From the human T2T-CHM13v2.0 reference genome, Homo sapiens, in the NCBI RefSeq assembly GCF_009914755.1, contig NC_060935.1: 64,000 bases of DNA; one strand, 5' to 3'. The position numbers and the translations under genes are program-made. This document shows, one piece after another, positions 57,595-64,000 of the stretch (the first letter of the stretch is position 1; each line of letters opens with the position of its first letter). Below the pieces are notes generated by a model. The model saw nothing but the letters and a program-made list of their open reading frames with translations, did no database searches and was not told where the DNA came from.

Positions 57595-58094
57595 AAAAAC
57601 TGATTTCTTTCTTCAGTTTCTTGGGCTGTGTTCATCATGGAAGGTCTTATTCCTTCAGTCCACATTTACTGTTTTATCTGTCATTCACCCTGTTTTCTTG
57701 AGGCTAGGAAATAGACACTTGGACAGACAAAATGGATGATTCAGTCTATTTAGATTTCATTCTAAGGTTCTGTTGAGGGCCCTATAACAGAAATCTAGAC
57801 CATACTGAATATAAATCCTTTCATTTTCACAATCTCATCCAAGATGCTGAGGAGAAGGCAGTTGCTTTGGTAACAAGAATTCAAATACTGGACCGTTTTA
57901 AATGTAGAATTATAATTATAAGCCTGAAATTTTTCTTGGAAGTTAAGAGGAAGCAATTTTTTTCTAAAGCTATTGGTTTTAGATGACTAACATTTAAAAT
58001 AAATTGCAAACTTTATTTTGATACATGCAAGAATCCCTGCATCCCACATTCTAAGACCCAGAGTCTGTGGACTTAGCTACTGCCATTGAGAGAG

Positions 58095-58320
58095 ATTATA
58101 GTGGTTAAATATAAAGGTTCTGAAGCCAGATTGTCTGATTACAATCTTAGCTCTACGAATTTGTGGGTTACCTTGAACACCACAACTGACCTCTCTGTGC
58201 CTCAGTTTTGTTTTGTTTTGTATCTGTGGAATGTGAGCATCTAATGACCTAATATATAGACAGTCTTTAGAATGGTTTGGAATAAAGTAAGCAATCAAAG
58301 TTTAATATCAGTGTTACTAG
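58095..58320 (+). mobile_element. MIR SINE
   Basis: tagtggttaaa…ctgaagccagattgtctg…acctctctgtgcctcagttt. Confidence 0.7.
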
Positions 58321-58963
58321 AGCAGAGAAGATATCTGTATATAAAACATTCACAGCCCAAAATGTCTGCCCTTTAAGACAGCCTATGGGAGGCTGTCTTC
58401 TGGAAAATCGCTGACAGGTGATGTTTATGAAAAGTAGAAGGTATTTCACCAGACACATCTTGTTTTTTCTTCTTTTTCTTTCTCTTTGTGAAACAGCCAC
58501 ATGCAATTGTCAGATCAGAATAAGACCTCATTTTTTTTTCTCCAGATTATAGATGGCAAAACTAAAATAGGTCCTCTTGAAATAATATTTTTGAGTGTCC
58601 AACTGGTGGAGACAGGAAAAGCAATTTGAGTAAGACAAGAGCCTTCAAGAACAGATTTGGAGACAGAGTATTATCCTGGCCTTCTAAAAATAGAAGAGCC
58701 ATGATGTATACTGCAAGGAATTAAGATTATCCACACAAGCATTTTATTGTTCAGTGACAGAGGAAATAATGAAATATATAAGGCAGAGATGGCCCTGACA
58801 AATCTCAGCTTGGCACTAGCCTACTGAAACCAGCATAATCTGGACTGGGCACCATATCTTGCTTTGAACAGTTAACCTCTTGGGTGTGGTATGATTGTGG
58901 CAGAAGCAACTTGCTGCTAAAATCCTTACACAGTGAACAGTCACCAGCCAGCCCAGCACTTAC

Positions 58964-59028
58964 CTAATGTACAAGCCCAGAGATTGTCAGTCAGGCAACA
59001 TGACTTAGATAGAGACACTGCTTTTTTC
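58964..59028 (-). other. Candidate 65-nt exon (unknown transcript, probably non-coding or cryptic)
   Basis: Minus strand: tgtttctttcccatag|GAAAAAAGC…GTACATTAG|gtaagtgc. Confidence 0.35.
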
Positions 59029-59249
59029 CTATGGGAAAGAAACAGTTCTCAGGCTCATGGCTTTAAAAGACTAACTCTATATTTCTTCTGAAGAAGTCCA
59101 CTCCTAGAGTCAGACTCTGGCTGTCAGTAGAACTTTTTCATTCTGTGCTTAATCTTTATTTATATTTCCTTTAATAATGCTAAAATATATTGAGCTCCTT
59201 ATATGTTATCATTTTTTTCCTTTTTGCCTTTCTTTCTTTCTTTCTTCCA

Positions 59250-59960
59250 GTGATATTCATTGAGCATTTACTATGTGCCAGGCACTATGGAATATAATGA
59301 TGTAAAATTTGGACAATATTGTACCTTCAAAATGTCAGTGAAGAGAAGCAATACACAAGTAACCAGATACATAAACAAGATGATTGTAAGGTTTGACATG
59401 TATTAAAGGGGTGAGATATGAGGCAGATCATCCTGGAGTGTTGCCCACTTTAGATGAGATAGTAAGAAGTGGTTTTTTTGAGGAGATGATTTTGAATAAA
59501 GACTTACAGTCTAAAAAGGATCACCAACCCTTTGGAGATCCCAGGTAAAAATGTTTGGTAATTGTAAATGTATACAAAATCCCTGAATATATTCAAAGGC
59601 CCTGAGGTGGGAAAGGGCTTGGGATGATCCAGGAACATAAAAAAAGTAAGTGTGACTGGAACAGAATGAACAAAGGAGTAGGGATTAGGGATAAGCTGGA
59701 GATTCAAACATGGATAGATCATACAGAGCTATATAAACTATGATGATGAGATTGATACTTATTTCAAAAATGATAGAAAACCAATGAACATATTAAGCAA
59801 GGCAATAGCATGAGTCAATTTATATTTTTCTCTGATTATTGCATGGAGAATGTGCTGTTAAATGGGTAAGAATGGAAACTGTAACACCAACTTGGGGGCT
59901 CCTGAAATCTTCAAGGCAGGAGACAGCAGTGGCTTGTAGAAGGTCATTGTACTGAACCAT
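59250..59960 (-). mobile_element. L2 (antisense)
   Basis: cattgagcatttactatgtgccaggcactatgg…caaaggccctgaggtgggaaagggcttgg. Confidence 0.75.
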
Positions 59961-60229
59961 TATACCAGATAAACAAAGGAGATATCAGATTTTCCCCCTT
60001 TTAGAAATGAGTTAACAAAGGCTACCAGTGATTGTAGCTTCTAAATCACAGAGTCAATACCCTCAAACTTGGACAAACGTGGCTCAGAGATAAATTTGTT
60101 TGTTTGTTTTTCCCAGTAGACTCTCAGACTACTGCCTCTTCAGTGGGTTTGGCAAAAAGAAAAACAAACAAACAACAAACAAAAAAAACTTATAATAACC
60201 TTCAGGAATTCCTAACACTTAAGTGATGC

Positions 60230-60440
60230 TTGCTATGGACCCAGGAGTACTCCAAGGGTTTCCAGTACATTAGCAAACTTAACTTTCATAACAACTCTGT
60301 GAAGTAGATTATATTATTATCCTCCTTTTACAGATGAGTAATCTGAGTCTTAGAGAAATTAAACTATTTAATAGTAAATGTCAAAGGCAGAATTTAAACC
60401 AAGCAAGTTAGCATTGGAAACACTAAACCATGCATTTTAC
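60230..60440 (-). mobile_element. MIR SINE
   Basis: cataacaactctgtgaagtag…ttttacagatgagtaatctgagtcttagaga. Confidence 0.7.
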
Positions 60441-61673
60441 TACTAAGCTTTTTAAGAAAAAAACTCCTTAGCTGGCCAGTGTTTCTACACTGAAGTAGTA
60501 TACTATAGATATGTCAAGGAAAACCATCACCATTAACCCCCTTCAACTTCCAATTGAGATAAGAATTTATATACAACATAGAAAAGCTTTTTATGACAAT
60601 TTCATAAAAATGCTAAAGATTAGGTAGGGCTTCCCACACACTTCAGATGAGAACAAGGAAACATTTCTAAAAGAAAGTGAACAAAAGATTTATTTTTTTA
60701 ACTACTCTCAAGTCTGAGAATCAACATTTCCACCAGGTTGGCTTTTTCTAATACAAATGTAAGAGGAGACAGATTGAAATGCCAAACTGAATTGCTCAGT
60801 GTTTTAGAAAAAGCTGTTTCTCACAGGCAGCCTCAACTCAAAACACATAGGATATCTTCTGAAAAATTTCAAAATGTTGGGTTGCGGAGTTCTAAAATTA
60901 ATCAAAAAAGTCTAATATTCCAACACAAGAGTGACCTACAAAAAGCCTCCTTCATTTTCTGTTAGGGCTCTTGCAGCATCCTCTGAAAGCTCAAAAAAAT
61001 CACCTTGAAGAGCTGTAACTTTGCTCACAGCTTTCCTCCTGTATCTACTGTGACCTTAACCACTTGCTTTAGAATTATTCTGCTATTTTCAAATGCCCTT
61101 TGAGTGCCCCAGGCCCTACCACTTTGACATGCAAAATTTAGCTAATGTAGGCTTTGCAAGGACACAGTTTTGAATCCCTTGCTCCAAAGCCTGAGGATCT
61201 TAGTGTATCAGAGAGAAGACAAACAGACATAGACCTCAGGTTTTTCCATCTTCTTTAACTGTTACTGCTAATAATACTTATGGACTATTTGGGGGTTTCC
61301 CTGTATAATCTCAATCCTCATAACCAAGGAGAATACTGTCATTGTCACCACCATTTATCCTAAGAATGTTAACGTAATGTAATAAGATGAGAACAGAATT
61401 AGAACCCTAGCTGTCTGACTCTAGAGCTTTTCCTATTATCTTATACCTACATTATAAGTATATATGATGCTATACACTATATATATATTTTTCTGCTATA
61501 GTATATAGTATAATGTATAGATTAGCAAAAAGTATAATGTATAGCATGTATTCCTTATAAGCATATTTAATATGCTTAAAATGCCAGTACCCAGTCCTCC
61601 TTTCTTCTTCCCAAAAGGATCCACAACATTCTATGCATTATTGTTTCAGTCAAAGGAGCCTAAAGGACTTAAG

Positions 61674-61872
61674 ACTGTGGTTTTCAATTCTGGTTGCCAA
61701 TTTACAATCACATGGGGAGATTTTAAAAAGTTGATATGCCCTGTCCTAGCCTGGAAGACTCTGATTTCCATGTTCTGGGGTAATGTCTGGACATCAGTCT
61801 TTTTTTAAAAGTTCCTCTCTCCCTCTCCCCTTAGTCATTATAAAGATCCAGGGGGCTGAAAAACAGTTGCTC
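61674..61872. mobile_element. MER5 (A/B) hAT-Charlie MITE
   Basis: gtggttttcaa…aatcacatggggagattttaaaaa…tctgatt…ctggacatcagtctttttttaaaagttcc. Confidence 0.65.
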
Positions 61873-61896
61873 TGAGCCAATTAGTGTAATCTCATC

Positions 61897-64000
61897 TATT
61901 ATAAACTGAATATCTTCCCCACCCAGAAATTCATTTATTGAAACTCTAACCCCTGAAGTGTTTATGGAGATAATGGCTTTAAGGAGGCAATTAAGGCTAA
62001 ATGAAGTCAAAAGAGTAGGGCCTTAATTTCAAAGGACTAGTGTCTTTATAAGAAGAGGAATAGACACAAAAGATCTCTCCCTCCCACCCATCTCCTCCAC
62101 TGCCACTTTCCCTCTCCCTCTCTTTTTCCCTCTCCCTCTTGATTTTTCTCTGTGCATGCACAAAGCAAAGGCCCTGTGTGAAAACACCTGGAAGACAGCA
62201 AGCCAAGAAGTGAGGCTTCACCTGAAACTATTCCTGCTCCTACCGTGATCTTGGACTTCCAGCTTTGAGAGCTGTGAGAAAATACATTTCTGTTGTTTAA
62301 TCCACCCACTCTGTAGTATTTTGTTTTGGCAGCCTCAGCAGGCTAATATAGATTTTAGTACTGTGAAGTGGGGTGCTGATTTAACAAATACCCAAAAGTG
62401 TAGAAGTGGCTTTGACCCTGGGTGGGGGGTAAAAGCTGGGAGAAATTTGAAGTCCAGGCTAGTAAAAGCCTAGATTGTCTTAAGAGACCAGTAGCAGAAA
62501 TATGTACATTAAGGTGATTTTGGTGAGTGCTCAGCATGAAAAGAGGAGAGCTGGAGAGAAAGTATCACCTTAGAGAAGACATGTATCACTAGGAACAGAA
62601 TGTTGGTAGAAATATGAACATTAAAGGTGCTTCTGGGAGGTCTCAGACACAAATCAGGAACATGCTGTTAGGAACTGGAAAGAAGGCAATCATGTGATAA
62701 AGTGGCAAAGAATTTGGCTAAATTGTGTTCTAGTGTTTTGTGGAAGGTGGGACTTGTGAGTGATAAAATTGGTTATTTAGTTGAGATTTCATAAAATTGT
62801 TGAAGTTACGGCTTAGTTTTCTTTTACTGCTTATAGTAAAATGAGAGCGGAAAGAGATAGATTGAAGAAGTTATTTAGCAAAAAGAAAACAGGACTTGAA
62901 GATTTGAATAATTCTCTGCCTGTGCATGTTGCCAAAAAATGAGAAAGTGTGCTCTGGATGAAACACATAGGATGAGGCTGGACAATTCATAAATCACTCT
63001 CTAAAGGATTACCCACAGAATTTAATCAGCTGTCTTAACTGAAGACAGAAATAGCAATGGGATTATACCAGCAGAAATACTTCCCACAGGGGCTATCAGG
63101 AGTAGAAACAATGCAACAGAATAAAAGAAAGCTGTCAGGCCTCAGAGATCCTACAGGATGGGACAACAGGGCTACCTGATTGGGAACATGTGCTTCTCTA
63201 CAAGAAAATAGAAGAATGGTCCCAAAGACAATTCAGAGATCATCTGGGCTGCTATTCCTACCATAAACCAAGCAGACAAGTCTGTTTTCTCCTCAGCTTC
63301 AGAGGATGGAGCCACCTCCTTGGTTTTAGTGGGCCAGGATGACGCACTGGCCAGTGCCTCAAGGACAAGGCCACTGCTCAGGGTCCTGGGGGTAGGGCAC
63401 CCCACAGAACTGAGGGTGCAGGGTCACCATGGAGAGCTGAGAAGGTGGGGCTGCTGCAACCCCCGTGGGTTTGGAGTGCAGAGAGGCCAGCCAGAGAGGA
63501 TTATTCTCAAGCCTTAAGAGCAAACGAACAGACATAGGGGCCTATTTGAAGGGGAAAGGTGGGAGGAGGAAGAGGTTCAGAAAGAAAAAAAAAAAAACCC
63601 GTTAGGTACTAAGCATAGTGTTTTGGTGATGATAATCTGTACACTAAACCGCTGAGTCACAAGTTTACCTATATAACCAACCTGCACATGTATCCCTGAA
63701 CCTAAAATAAAAGTTAAAATATTAAATATATACTAATATTAAATATACATAAATATTAAATATATATTAATTATTTGTAAAGATCAAATGAAATTTGCCT
63801 TGCTAGATTTTTGACTTGTTTGGGACCTGCCACCCTTTCTTCTTTCTGATTTCTCCCTTTGGGAATGTGATTGTCTAAATTATTCCAGTCTCACCGTTGT
63901 ATTTTAGAAGCACAAAACCCGTAGTTTCACAGGTTCACAGTAGGAGAGGATTATTAGTATGAATCATACCTCAGGTCTAATATATATTTGATTTAGATAA
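61897..64000 (+). mobile_element. MLT1A-type LTR (61897-62350) plus MaLR internal sequence running off the window
   Basis: LTR 3' motif gatcttggacttccagc…ctgtgagaaaatacatttctgttgttt…ctaatata, followed directly by the internal start gattttagtactgtgaagtggggtgctg. Confidence 0.8.
63529..63779 (+). mobile_element. L1 3' end (old L1PA/L1PB) inserted in the MLT1A internal region
   Basis: gggtg-rich tract then aacctgcacatgtatccctgaacctaaaataaaagtt. AT-rich tail. TSD AAGA(G/T)CAAA(C/T)GAA. Confidence 0.8.

Noticed and set aside
61505-61550. gtataatgtat twice, resembling part of loxP
   Set aside because: The 13-bp inverted arms are absent. This is a chance match in TA-rich low-complexity DNA.

Overview
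AT-rich, CpG-poor primate non-coding DNA, most likely human because it carries an AluYa5-type insertion. It is intergenic or deep intronic. I found no recognisable protein-coding gene, rRNA, tRNA or CRISPR array. The ORF track is explained by Alu, L1, LTR and Tigger remnants or by chance. A large part of the window is transposon-derived: about 12 Alu/FAM elements, a 5'-truncated L1PA3/4, a full-length THE1B provirus, solo LTRs (THE1A, LTR14-type, LTR1-type, MST, MLT1), Tigger2, Tigger3b, MER58A, MER5 and many MIR/L2 fossils, often nested with readable target-site duplications (TSDs). The most unusual unexplained feature is a 93-bp ungapped, 88%-identical local duplication (22676-22768 / 26362-26454), one copy of which splits a MIR. 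Other candidates are a repeat-free CpG-retaining regulatory region (about 44.3-45.8 kb), a CTCF motif (55.87 kb) and a well-formed 65-nt minus-strand exon-like unit (58964-59028). Repeat family names come from my recall of consensus sequences, not from a database search, and boundaries of old elements are approximate. I see no evidence for a new multi-gene system.
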